From Chloroflexota bacterium (GTDB taxonomy: Bacteria > Chloroflexota > UBA11872 > VXOZ01), in the NCBI GenBank assembly GCA_963662335.2, contig CAXXVD010000003.1:256001-320000 (forward strand): a DNA stretch of 64,000 nt, read 5' to 3'. The notes below the pieces were generated by a model, which had not been told where the DNA came from, did no database searches, and saw only the letters and a program-made list of their open reading frames with translations. The position numbers were made by a program, and so were the translations under genes. Shown here piece after piece: positions 1 to 9,454 of the stretch (positions are counted from its first letter, which is position 1; every line of letters starts with the position of its first letter).

Positions 1-561
1 ATCGCGGCCTTGAACCGGCTCTGGGGGTTGCGGCTTTCCCTGGCGGAACAGCAGCGGCTGGCGGCCAGGCTGGGGTCGGACGTGCCCTTCTTCCTCACCG
101 GCGGCACGGCGCTCGCCACCGGCCGGGGCGAACGCATTACGCCCCTGCCGCCGCTGCCCCAACACTGGGCCGTCCTCGTCTTCCCGCCCGGCAGTCTCAG
201 CACGGCGGCGGTCTACAACGCCGTCATCCCCTCAGATTTCACTTCCGGCGTCGCCACCGCCGACACCGTCGCGGCCGCCCAACGCGGCGCGCTCTTGCCC
301 CAATCCCGCTGGCGCAACGCCCTGGCACGACCCGCCCGCGCGCTGGCGGCTCGCATTGCCGCCGCGCAAGACGCCTTGCGCCAAGCCGGCGCAGAGCACG
401 CCCACCTCTCCGGCAGCGGCCCGACAGTCTTTGCCGTGTGCCAGGAGGCGGCCGCCGCGCGCGCACTTAGCGCCCGCCTCCGCGGACGAGGCTACGCTAC
501 GGAAATCGCCTCGTTCGCGCGGGCCGGTTGGACGCGCGGGAACGTGCGCCAGGAAACGTGA
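1..561 (+). CDS. ispE: 4-diphosphocytidyl-2-C-methyl-D-erythritol kinase, 5'-truncated by the window edge
   Basis: GHMP kinase motifs LGSDVPFF..GG.A...GRGE, STA.VY and LSGSGPTVF. The frame is open from base 1 and ends at TGA 559-561. Confidence 0.92.
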   Translation: MAALNRLWGLRLSLAEQQRLAARLGSDVPFFLTGGTALATGRGERITPLPPLPQHWAVLVFPPGSLSTAAVYNAVIPSDFTSGVATADTVAAAQRGALLPQSRWRNALARPARALAARIAAAQDALRQAGAEHAHLSGSGPTVFAVCQEAAAARALSARLRGRGYATEIASFARAGWTRGNVRQET

Positions 562-563
562 AC

Positions 564-1220
564 ATGGAAACCGTTCGCCCCTTACGGGTCGCAGCCGCCG
601 CGTTCTTGGCTGGCCTTTGCTTCCTCTTGGCCGCGGGTCAAGCGCATGCTTGCGCCTGCGGCGATCTGCCCTCTCCAACCGAGGCGTTGGCGCAGAGCGC
701 CAAAGTGTTCTCCGGGAAGGTCGTGCACGTCAGCGACGGCGGCGGCACGGAGCGGGCGCCCGCTTTGTTGAGCGGGTACGTCTTGGTGGAATTCGAGGTC
801 TATGCCGTTTGGAAAGGCCCGGCCTTTGCCACCATGTTCATCGAAACGGCCTGGTGGAGCGGCAGTTGCGGCGTGGAGTTCTACGTGGGACAGGAGTGGT
901 TGGTCTACTCTTTCGACGGCGAAACCGCGCATCCCTGCGGCCGCACGCGGCACTTGGAGTTGGCGCAAGCGGACCTTGACGCGCTTGGGGAAGGCCAGGC
1001 GCCCGCCTTGGGCACGGTCGAGCCTCAGCGACAACCCGGCCCTCGAGTCGAGCGGTCGCGCGCGCAGGCCGCCGCAACCGACGCGCCTATGGACGTGGCT
1101 GCGGCACGCCCTGTGCGGGTCGCGATTCCGTCATGGCTGGGCCTTGTGTTCCTCATAGTTGTGGCGGTAGCGGTGCTGGGCTGGGTGCTGCGCGGGACTA
1201 CCGAGAATAGCAAGGGCTGA
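564..1220 (+). CDS. Secreted TIMP/NTR-like protein with C-terminal transmembrane anchor
   Basis: Signal peptide ending AHA, then CAC..P....A......VFSGKV, GSCGVEF..GQEWLVY and HPCGRT. Pro/Ala linker and a hydrophobic C-terminal helix follow. ATG 564 lies just after the ispE stop. Confidence 0.7.
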   Translation: METVRPLRVAAAAFLAGLCFLLAAGQAHACACGDLPSPTEALAQSAKVFSGKVVHVSDGGGTERAPALLSGYVLVEFEVYAVWKGPAFATMFIETAWWSGSCGVEFYVGQEWLVYSFDGETAHPCGRTRHLELAQADLDALGEGQAPALGTVEPQRQPGPRVERSRAQAAATDAPMDVAAARPVRVAIPSWLGLVFLIVVAVAVLGWVLRGTTENSKG

Positions 1221-1401
1221 TTTCGCGCGAAAAAGACCCTTGCTTGCGTAGAAGAAGGGCTAGAGGATTGCGCGTGTTGAGACCTAGCTTGGCATGCTAC
1301 TTGGTAGCCAATTGCAGGTTGGACATGGCCGCAGTTCCAAAGGGTGTCTCGCTGTGAAATGCAAATAGGGACTAGCGCGACCTGATGGAGGAAGTGTTGC
1401 T

Positions 1402-3789
1402 TTACTCTATGCCAAGAACAGGATAGAAGGCTGGATTGACTTTGTAGTTTTCGCTTCTGTCGTCCCTAGAAGCAATCACTCTTGCGAGATTCCTAAGTCT
1501 ATGCCGATCTTCTTCATGCTGTGCAAACCGGAATCCATCAACAGTTTCCACGCCGAGAAAACTGATATCGCATAGGAGGTCTAAGTAGTGCTCTACATCC
1601 TCAGACTTGACACCAGCCGATTCAATGCGAAGCTCGATCTCATGTTTGGTGCATATACTCGAAGGGCCAGCGAATTCGTAAAGCACTTCTTCAAGCTTCC
1701 CCTTGCTTGGATCATCTTCATTTACAATCGAATCAAATGCATTATAGGAGTATTGAGTGCGGGCCGACAAGAGATCGTCGGCCAAGACCGTGTCGTGACC
1801 ACGATTGACTGACACATTTACGGCGCGCTTTAGCAGATTAATGACATCCCGAGGTCGTGGGAGGACACTCTGTAGTATGTACTCTGTGCAACTTAAGCCG
1901 TCCACACTATCTGGGAAGAGCGCAGTCCAGATGTCCCTCGCCTTCACGTGGTGAGGCGCGCCATAAAGCAATCTTTCTTCCAATACCCTAATCAATTGAT
2001 GGCGGTCACTCCAAAATACTCTCTCAATAGGGAGCTTGTCTTGTTCAGGTAGCCTGTGCTTCAAGAATGCAAATATGTCACTCCGCAACAGTACTATTAC
2101 TTTCGCATTTACTGCCTTCAAACTGCTACTAGACTTCCCAAGTTCCTTCGGCAGAAGCTGGACTACTTCCAATAGCCCTCCGATCAACTCCGCTAAGGGA
2201 GCAATATGCTCCCCGGGTACCCAGGGTCCATCGAGCCCATCTATGAGAACCGTCAAATCCCGCTTTTCCGATAGGACAGTGCCGAGATAGTAACGAAGAC
2301 GTCCGATCACGTGGTTATGCAATTCTTCACTGATTCTTCGCCTTTGCGCGCCCGCATCAGTAAACTCTCCAATCCCTTCAAGCGATGACAGCGCTTGCCC
2401 TAGACGCTCCGAAAAAGGAGGACTTAAGATAGTCGACTGACTTTCGTAGTACTCTAGGAAAGCCTTCTCGTCCTTGCTTCTGTCAAGGTGCGCAGGCCGA
2501 TCTTCAATTTCGTGCTTCAAGCTTGAAGCGATTTCACTATATATCAAGAATTTCCAGAGGCTCTCAATTAGGAATCCTCTCTCAGATCGCTCACGGATAT
2601 CATTTAGGACGCGAATTAGACCATGGGTTTCGTAACCTACTGGTTTCAAGACAGTTATGTGATTTTCTGCGATCTTGCTCAATTGGTTCACAATTGCAAA
2701 GAGAATCGCTGTCTTGCCAGTACCCCTTCGACCCAAGAGTATTGTAGCTGGACTGTCAATCGCTCGATGATAGCTTGCAGTCTCAACGAAATACTCGTGT
2801 AGCTCATCAGATTCAAGTTCAGCTACAACGTCGCCAAGAAATAGGCTGCGGATGTCCAGTTTTTCTGAGATTCGCAGAGGGCCTTCTTCCCTGCGAGGTC
2901 TACGATGGGGTAGTCTATCGCTTTCTTGAATGAGCCACGAATTGACTTCCGAGACACAGTTATTGGCCGTATCGTGGATTTTCAACCAATCTCCGTAGTC
3001 AGCTGGTGCTTGATAAGGGGCATGAGCCAACATGATCATCGGCTTGCGAAAGCCAATTGCCAATCCAGCAATTAGAGATGCCTTTAGATTGTGGTGCTGA
3101 TTGTTGACATGTTCGCTGCTCAATAGATGTATGACAATGGCATCAGCGGTTAAGAATCTATCTGCATACCATTCCAAATTGTGAGTCGAGAACTCTGAAG
3201 GGTCGTCAACTATCAGTGAGCCACCAAACTCGGATGCTTCTAACGCTTGGTGAGTATAGAGTACGCTGTCGGAATGCAAAGGAGGCTTTACATAAACTAG
3301 CGTTGGAAGTTCGAGGCGAGTTTGCTGATTTCTGAAGCGATTGTGCAGATAGGTACTGTCAAGGCTGGTCCACGGACTTGCCTCGCGGATAGCCGTGCCC
3401 AGGCATTCGTGATTGTGGTATTCAAGATAGCCCATGTTTAGTAGGTTCTTGTAGATGCGACTGTAGCGGACCTGCGCATTCATAATCCCTGGATTGATAC
3501 AAGCCATAACTCTCTTGAACTTGGCGATGGCGTACCCAAGTTCAAAACTTACATTTAGATTTGGGTAGGTGAGGTCACAAGCAAATACGTCGTGCCTGTC
3601 AATTTGTCTCAGAATAGTTGTATCAAGACGCTTGCCTGATACAGAAGTCTGTGACCAGGGCTTTATCCGAACGTTGTTATCCTTGAGGACTCCCTGTTCA
3701 TCGAGTCTCCCTATGCTGGCCTTGATGGTCTCCCCTACGTTTGAGGGACTATCTGGATATGCAAAAAATACCCTCACTCTTTTAGGCAT
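1402..3789 (-). CDS. TIR/nucleoside deoxyribosyltransferase-like N-terminal domains fused to a P-loop ATPase (Sll1717-like); candidate defence protein
   Basis: 795 aa. VFFAYP...DLTYPNLNVSFELGYA motif, a second degenerate copy (NLKASLIAGLAIG), Walker A GRRGTGKT, Walker B VLIDGLD, LLRSDIF and RPRDVI. The DNA is visibly AT-richer than the flanks. Confidence 0.7.
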   Translation of the reverse strand: MPKRVRVFFAYPDSPSNVGETIKASIGRLDEQGVLKDNNVRIKPWSQTSVSGKRLDTTILRQIDRHDVFACDLTYPNLNVSFELGYAIAKFKRVMACINPGIMNAQVRYSRIYKNLLNMGYLEYHNHECLGTAIREASPWTSLDSTYLHNRFRNQQTRLELPTLVYVKPPLHSDSVLYTHQALEASEFGGSLIVDDPSEFSTHNLEWYADRFLTADAIVIHLLSSEHVNNQHHNLKASLIAGLAIGFRKPMIMLAHAPYQAPADYGDWLKIHDTANNCVSEVNSWLIQESDRLPHRRPRREEGPLRISEKLDIRSLFLGDVVAELESDELHEYFVETASYHRAIDSPATILLGRRGTGKTAILFAIVNQLSKIAENHITVLKPVGYETHGLIRVLNDIRERSERGFLIESLWKFLIYSEIASSLKHEIEDRPAHLDRSKDEKAFLEYYESQSTILSPPFSERLGQALSSLEGIGEFTDAGAQRRRISEELHNHVIGRLRYYLGTVLSEKRDLTVLIDGLDGPWVPGEHIAPLAELIGGLLEVVQLLPKELGKSSSSLKAVNAKVIVLLRSDIFAFLKHRLPEQDKLPIERVFWSDRHQLIRVLEERLLYGAPHHVKARDIWTALFPDSVDGLSCTEYILQSVLPRPRDVINLLKRAVNVSVNRGHDTVLADDLLSARTQYSYNAFDSIVNEDDPSKGKLEEVLYEFAGPSSICTKHEIELRIESAGVKSEDVEHYLDLLCDISFLGVETVDGFRFAQHEEDRHRLRNLARVIASRDDRSENYKVNPAFYPVLGIE

Positions 3790-4158
3790 TTTACCTGCTC
3801 CCTAGATTGGCAATCATCCCTACTAGAATCCAAAGTGCGCCATAACCAGCTAAGGATGCTACTTGAGGTCGAAGCACCAGAAGGTTGATTTCAGGCAATG
3901 GATCCTTTTCTAATCACCATACTACATGACGGCTATCGTCAACGCATTGAACCATGGTGCCAACTGATAGACAGTAATTCTGCACAATCTAGTTTAGCAG
4001 ACCAGATTGAGCATTTCCGTTGGGCGGAACTCTAAGTGATTGGATGGTCAGCGCGGGAATGTTTTGGGAAGAGCAATACACTCAGAGGTCAATTGGGCTA
4101 AACCACTAAGCCTCTGAGTGCAGTTTGCCAGTAGAGATCAGCAAAGTCGACTTGAAAA

Positions 4159-5091
4159 CTACGCCTTGAACGGCTTCCCTGTGCGGCGCAGTTCTTTCGT
4201 CACCGCGATTTGGCAGGTAACGTAGGCGCTTTCGGTGGGGCGGCCGCGGTGGTTCATGTTGCCGGCGGAGTAGCCGGGGCGGGCGTCGCCGATGGTGCCG
4301 ACGATCAGGTTGGCGTGTTCGGTGGTGGTATCGTAGCGGTCGGCGATGAGGCCCACCATATCGGCCCAGGCCGCGCGCACGGCGTCGGTCCAGGTGCGGC
4401 CCTGGCCGGCAGTAAGATATTCCTCGGCGCTCTCCACGACGTTGGTCGTTTCCACTACCGGGCTGGAGGTTGAGAAGCCCGGCGAGCGGTCCACGCGGAT
4501 GGTCACGGTGGTGTCGATCTCCACGCCGGTGCCGGTGAGTTCGCCGTCGGACATGCGCGCGTGGGCGTCGGCCAGCGTCAGCAGGCCGCCGGCTTTCTGG
4601 GCGCGCACGTGCACCGTGCTGCCGGGACGCACCGAATTGAAGTCCATGTTGCCGCCGTGGTCGATCTCATACGGGTCAACGGATTCCAGCATCACCACGC
4701 CGACCATGGGGCGCGCCGGCACGACGAAGTCCGGCGGAAAGTGCACCAGGCCGTCGCGCACCGGCGCGATGAGGCGCACGCTGCCCCAGATGGGCCCGCC
4801 GTTGCGGTAGAAGCCGTACGGCCCGCACTCCATCTCCAGTATTTCGATTGCCACCCAGTCGCCGGGCGCGATGCCCTCGATGGCGAACGGGCCGCCGGGG
4901 CGCGAGTAGCGCGGCGTGCCGACTTCCATGACCGCGCCGGGCTTCAGTTCGCCCTCGATCTTCAGGTCTTGGTCGTGGCCGCCGACGGTCTCGATGACGG
5001 CCGTTTCGCCGAGCCGCAACGTGCCTCTGACTTCTCCGCGCTCCGGGTCGTCGGGGCCGGTGTAGTAAGGGGTACGGGTGAAGCGCCGCAT
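4159..5091 (-). CDS. Acetamidase/formamidase family protein
   Basis: GPFAIEGIAPGDWVAIEI, PMVG, HGGNMD and DAHARMSDGELTGTGVE motifs. ATG 5091 has a GGGAGG RBS (the ORF track starts at 5124). Confidence 0.85.
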   Translation of the reverse strand: MRRFTRTPYYTGPDDPERGEVRGTLRLGETAVIETVGGHDQDLKIEGELKPGAVMEVGTPRYSRPGGPFAIEGIAPGDWVAIEILEMECGPYGFYRNGGPIWGSVRLIAPVRDGLVHFPPDFVVPARPMVGVVMLESVDPYEIDHGGNMDFNSVRPGSTVHVRAQKAGGLLTLADAHARMSDGELTGTGVEIDTTVTIRVDRSPGFSTSSPVVETTNVVESAEEYLTAGQGRTWTDAVRAAWADMVGLIADRYDTTTEHANLIVGTIGDARPGYSAGNMNHRGRPTESAYVTCQIAVTKELRRTGKPFKA

Positions 5092-5251
5092 GAGTGTCCT
5101 CCCGCATTTGTGGCGACCGGTCATTTGCCGGGGATATGTCCGCGAGGGCGGCCGGCCGGCGCGCGCCTGCTTTTGTCATATAGTATGCCGCCGCGCGGCC
5201 TGAGGCGAGTCCGCTTGCGGGACGATGCGTGTCCACAACCTCGCGTCGGCA

Positions 5252-5317
5252 GGGGACAAGCCCCCGCGCTACGTGGGGGAGGTCTGTGTGTCGGCGGGGG
5301 ACAAGCCCCCGCCCTAC
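5252..5317 (-). repeat. Two GTAG-type REP copies (GTAGCGCGGGGGCTTGTCCCCCGC family)
   Basis: Reverse-complement copies at 5252-5272 and 5293-5317. The same family occurs at 29976, 39749, 50164, 56629, 56768, 59943 and 60246. Confidence 0.8.
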
Positions 5318-5353
5318 AGGGTGCGAGACTTCGCGCAGAAGCCTCTGCTTGGC

Positions 5354-5383
5354 TTGACTGTAGCAAGATTCCTGCCCTATACT
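5354..5383 (+). promoter_or_regulatory. sigma70-type promoter upstream of tRNA-Val
   Basis: TTGACT (5354-5359), 18-nt spacer, TATACT (5378-5383). Confidence 0.65.
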
Positions 5384-5462
5384 AACCACGTTCTTGCCGC
5401 TTTGCGCCAGTGGCGCGGGACGGCCAGGGGCGCCGGCCGCGGCCGGCGCCTCATTGTGGCGC

Positions 5463-5539
<77 letters not shown>

Positions 5540-5581
5540 GCCCGGTATCGCGTAGCGCGGGCATTTCTCAAAAGGGAGCGC

Positions 5582-7324
5582 ATGGCTGCGGCAGTTAGCA
5601 ACGATAACGTCCGCTACGAACCGGACGAGAATCCGCCCCGGCTTGTGACCATTGGCGCGGGGACGCAGGCCGCCGCGATGACCGTCTCGTCGATCGTGCT
5701 GGGCGTCGTGATCGTCGCGCGAATTGCGGAGCAGCCGGAGAGTTACGTAACCTGGGCGGTCTTTGCGGCCCTGCTCGTCAGCGGCAGCGCGACCATACTC
5801 CAGGCGGTGCGCGTGGGCCGCGTCGGCGCCGGGCACGTGCTGATGATGGGCACGTCGGGCGCTTTCCTTGCCGTCTGCGTGGCGGCGCTGCAAATGGGCG
5901 GCCCGGCCACCTTGGCCAGTCTGGTGGTGGTGTCGTCGCTCTTCCAGTTTCTCCTGGCGTCGCGCCTCTCGCTGCTGCGGCGCATCTTTACGCCGGTGGC
6001 CACCGGCACCGTGATCATGTTGATCGCGGCCACGGTCATGCCGCTGTTGTTTGGCACGCTGACCCGGGTGCCGGCCGGCGTGCCCCAGTACGCCGCCCCG
6101 CTGGCGGCGGTGGCCACCGCGGCCACCGTGGCGGGGCTGGTGTTGCGCGGATCCCCCAGGTGGCGGCTGTGGTCGCCGCTCATTGGCATGGCCGTGGGCT
6201 GCGCGGTCTCGGCGCCGCTTGGCCTCTTCGACCTGCAGCCGGTGCGGGATGCGGCGTGGATAGCCATTCCGCTGACCTCGTGGCCGGGGTTCGACCTGCG
6301 CCCCGGCGTGGAGTTTTGGGGGCTGCTGCCGGCCTTCCTGGTGGTGACGCTGGTCGGCGCGGTCGAGACCATCGGCGACGGCGTGGCCATCCAGCAAGTC
6401 TCCCGGCGCAACCCGCAGGCCATTGACTTTCGCGCCGTGCAGGGCGCGCTGAACGCCGACGGCGTGGGCAATCTGCTCTCCGGCCTGCTGGGCACCGTGC
6501 CCAACACCACCTATTCGTCCAGCATCTCGCTGGTGGAGATAACGGGCGTGGCCGCGCGGCGGGTGGGAGTGGTGGCCGGCGCCGTCTTCATCGCCATGGC
6601 GTTCTTCCCCAAGGTCTTTGCCTTGTTGATCGCCATCCCCGGCCCCGTGGCCGCCGCCTACGTCGCTATCCTCATCGCGCTGCTCTTCGTGCAGGGGTTG
6701 CGTATCGTCACCCAGGACGGCATCGATCACCGCAAGGCCGCCATCATCGGCCTGTCGTTCTGGATTGGCGCGGGTTTTCAAGGCCAGTGGATCTTCCCCG
6801 ATTTGCTGGGAGGCGGCTTTGTCACCGTGCTGCTGACCAACGGCATGACGGCCGGCGCCATCGTGGCGATCGGGATGATGTTGTTCCTGGAGGCCACGCG
6901 CCCCCGCAGCCGGCGCTTGCGCGTGGCCCTGGATTCTAACGCCCTGCCCAAGCTGGAGCAGTTCCTGCTGGCCTTCGCCGCCAAGCACAAGTGGAGCGAC
7001 GCCGCCGGGCAGCGGCTGACCGCCGCCGGTGAGGAGACCCTGGCCATCTTGATGTACGCGGACGAGGATGGCGCTGACGCCGGCGCGGCACGGCGCTTGA
7101 CCGTCAATGCCCGCATGGAGGGAAAGGCCGCGGAATTGGAGTTCATCACCGCGCTGGAGGGCGACAACGTTGAGGACCACCTGGCCTACCTGAAAGACCT
7201 GCCGCCGGCGCCGGGGGAATGGGAAGTATCGTTCCGCCTGCTCCTGCACTACGCCGCGTCGGTCAGCCACCAGAAGTACCACGGCCTGGATATCCTTACG
7301 GTGACCGTGGCCGGCTCGCCGTAA
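5582..7324 (+). CDS. NCS2 (xanthine/uracil/vitamin C) family permease with ~140-aa C-terminal soluble domain, paralog 1
   Basis: RYEPDENPP N-terminus, FTPVATGTVIMLI, ETIGD, ADGVGNLLSGLLG.VPNTTYS and many TM helices. ATG 5582 follows GGGAG. Confidence 0.88.
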   Translation: MAAAVSNDNVRYEPDENPPRLVTIGAGTQAAAMTVSSIVLGVVIVARIAEQPESYVTWAVFAALLVSGSATILQAVRVGRVGAGHVLMMGTSGAFLAVCVAALQMGGPATLASLVVVSSLFQFLLASRLSLLRRIFTPVATGTVIMLIAATVMPLLFGTLTRVPAGVPQYAAPLAAVATAATVAGLVLRGSPRWRLWSPLIGMAVGCAVSAPLGLFDLQPVRDAAWIAIPLTSWPGFDLRPGVEFWGLLPAFLVVTLVGAVETIGDGVAIQQVSRRNPQAIDFRAVQGALNADGVGNLLSGLLGTVPNTTYSSSISLVEITGVAARRVGVVAGAVFIAMAFFPKVFALLIAIPGPVAAAYVAILIALLFVQGLRIVTQDGIDHRKAAIIGLSFWIGAGFQGQWIFPDLLGGGFVTVLLTNGMTAGAIVAIGMMLFLEATRPRSRRLRVALDSNALPKLEQFLLAFAAKHKWSDAAGQRLTAAGEETLAILMYADEDGADAGAARRLTVNARMEGKAAELEFITALEGDNVEDHLAYLKDLPPAPGEWEVSFRLLLHYAASVSHQKYHGLDILTVTVAGSP

Positions 7325-7583
7325 GGCTGTGCGCGATTGTTCCGCATGGCGCGACGGGACGGCCTTGCGGGAAACACGCGCGCCCCCGCGCGGGAACGGT
7401 CGCTCGCCGGAATCTAGGATTGCTTTACAGTGATAACGGCCTTCATGTCAATCGTTATAACCCCGCCCCCCATCCCAACCTGCCCTTAATAAGGAAGGGG
7501 GCTCCCTCAAGGGGAAGGGGTTTAGGCAATGGTCTTCACCGGCGGGGTAATTTGGAAAGCAGAGAGAGCGTGAGGCGTAGAGA

Positions 7584-9317
7584 ATGGCTGCGGTTGCCGG
7601 AAACGAAAACGTCCGCTACGAACCGGAAGAGAATCCTCCCCGGCTCTTGACCGTTGGCGCGGGCTTGCAGGCCGCCATGGTGACGGTGTCGTCGATCGTG
7701 CTGGCCGTAGTCATCGTGGCGCGGATTGCCGGGCAGCCGGAAAGCTACATCACCTGGGCGGTCTTTGCGGCCCTGCTCGTCAGCGGCACGGCCACGATTC
7801 TCCAGGCGGTGCGCGTGGGCCGGATTGGCGCCGGGCACGTGCTGATGATGGGCACGTCGGGCGCGTTCATTGCCGTTTGCGTGGCGGCGCTGCAAATGGC
7901 CGGGCCCGCCACCTTGGCCAGCCTGGTAGTGGTTTCCTCGCTCTTCCAGTTTCTCCTGGCGTCGCGCCTCTCTTGGCTGCGGCGCGTCTTCACGCCGGTG
8001 GTTACCGGCACCGTAATCATGCTGATCGCGGCCACGGTCATGCCCATCGTCTTCGGAACGCTGACCGAGGCGCCGGAGGACGTATCCCAGGCCGCCGCTC
8101 CGCTTGTGGCGCTGGCCACCACGGTGAGCGTCGCCGCGCTGGTGATGCGCGGCTCACCCACGTGGCGGCTCTGGTCGCCCCTCATCGGCATCGTCGTCGG
8201 CTGTCTGGTGGCCGTTCCCTTCGGCCTCTTCGACGTGCAGCCGGTGCTGGACGCGCCGTGGTTTGCCGTGCCTTTCACCTCGTGGCCGGGCTTCGACCTC
8301 AGCCCCGGCGTGGAGTTCTGGGCGCTGCTGCCGGCGTTCGTGGTGGTGACGCTGGTCGGCGCGGTCGAGACCATTGGCGACGGCGTCGCCATCCAACGAG
8401 TCTCCCGGCGCGCGCCGCAGTCAACCGACTTCCGCGTCGTGCAGGGCGCGTTGAACGCCGACGGCGTGGGCAACCTCTTGTCCGGCATTCTGGCAACCGT
8501 GCCCAACACCACCTACTCGTCCAGCATCGCGTTGGTGGAAGTCACCGGCATTGCCGCGCGGCGCGTGGGCGTGGTCATCGGCGCGGTATTCGTGGTGCTG
8601 GCCTTCTTGCCCAAAGCCGCGGCGCTGCTCATCGCCATTCCCGGCCCGGTGGCGGCTTCCTACATCACGGTGCTGGTGGTGCTGCTCTTCGTGCAGGGCA
8701 TGCGCATCGTCATCCAGGACGGCATTGACCATCGCAAGGCCGCCGTCGTCGGCCTGGCGTTCTGGATCGGCGCCGGCTTCCAGAACCAATGGATCTTCCC
8801 GGACCTCCTGGGCGAGGGCTTTCTGAGCGTGCTGCTGGGCAACGGCATGACGTCCGGCGCAATCGTCGCCATCATCGCGATGGTCTTCCTGGAGGCGACC
8901 CGCCCGCGCCGCCGGCGGCTGCACGTGGCGTTGGACGGCGACGCCCTGCCCAAGGTGGAACAGTTCCTGATGGCGTTCGCGGCAAAGATAAACTGGAACG
9001 ACGCCTCCACCGAAAGGCTCACCTCCGTGGGCGAAGAGACGCTGGCGGTCCTGCGCCAGGAGAGCGGCGCCGAAGCTGCCGGCCGGCGCTTGACCGTGAA
9101 CGCCCGCATGGAGAGCGGCACGGCGGAACTGGAATTCATCACCTTTCTGGAGGGCGAGAACCTGGAAGACCAGATGGCCAACCTGAATGAACTGCCGCCC
9201 GTGCCGGACGAACACGAGGTGTCGTTCCGCCTGCTCTGGCACTACGCCTCTTCCGTGCGCCACCAGAAGTACCACGGGCTGGACATCCTCACCGTGACCG
9301 TGGAGGGCGCGCGCTAA
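7584..9317 (+). CDS. NCS2 family permease with C-terminal soluble domain, paralog 2
   Basis: Colinear and highly similar to 5582-7324 over the whole length. Confidence 0.88.
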   Translation: MAAVAGNENVRYEPEENPPRLLTVGAGLQAAMVTVSSIVLAVVIVARIAGQPESYITWAVFAALLVSGTATILQAVRVGRIGAGHVLMMGTSGAFIAVCVAALQMAGPATLASLVVVSSLFQFLLASRLSWLRRVFTPVVTGTVIMLIAATVMPIVFGTLTEAPEDVSQAAAPLVALATTVSVAALVMRGSPTWRLWSPLIGIVVGCLVAVPFGLFDVQPVLDAPWFAVPFTSWPGFDLSPGVEFWALLPAFVVVTLVGAVETIGDGVAIQRVSRRAPQSTDFRVVQGALNADGVGNLLSGILATVPNTTYSSSIALVEVTGIAARRVGVVIGAVFVVLAFLPKAAALLIAIPGPVAASYITVLVVLLFVQGMRIVIQDGIDHRKAAVVGLAFWIGAGFQNQWIFPDLLGEGFLSVLLGNGMTSGAIVAIIAMVFLEATRPRRRRLHVALDGDALPKVEQFLMAFAAKINWNDASTERLTSVGEETLAVLRQESGAEAAGRRLTVNARMESGTAELEFITFLEGENLEDQMANLNELPPVPDEHEVSFRLLWHYASSVRHQKYHGLDILTVTVEGAR

Positions 9318-9454
9318 GGGAAATGCGGCTGCCTAAGCCGCCGATGGGCACTGAAAGGGCGCGAACCACTCAGACTACCCCGGTGCGCGCTAGATTCCTG
9401 GCTGCGCTCGGAATGACGGGCGCGGCCGCTTTGGAGCGACTGCGCACCGCTTGG

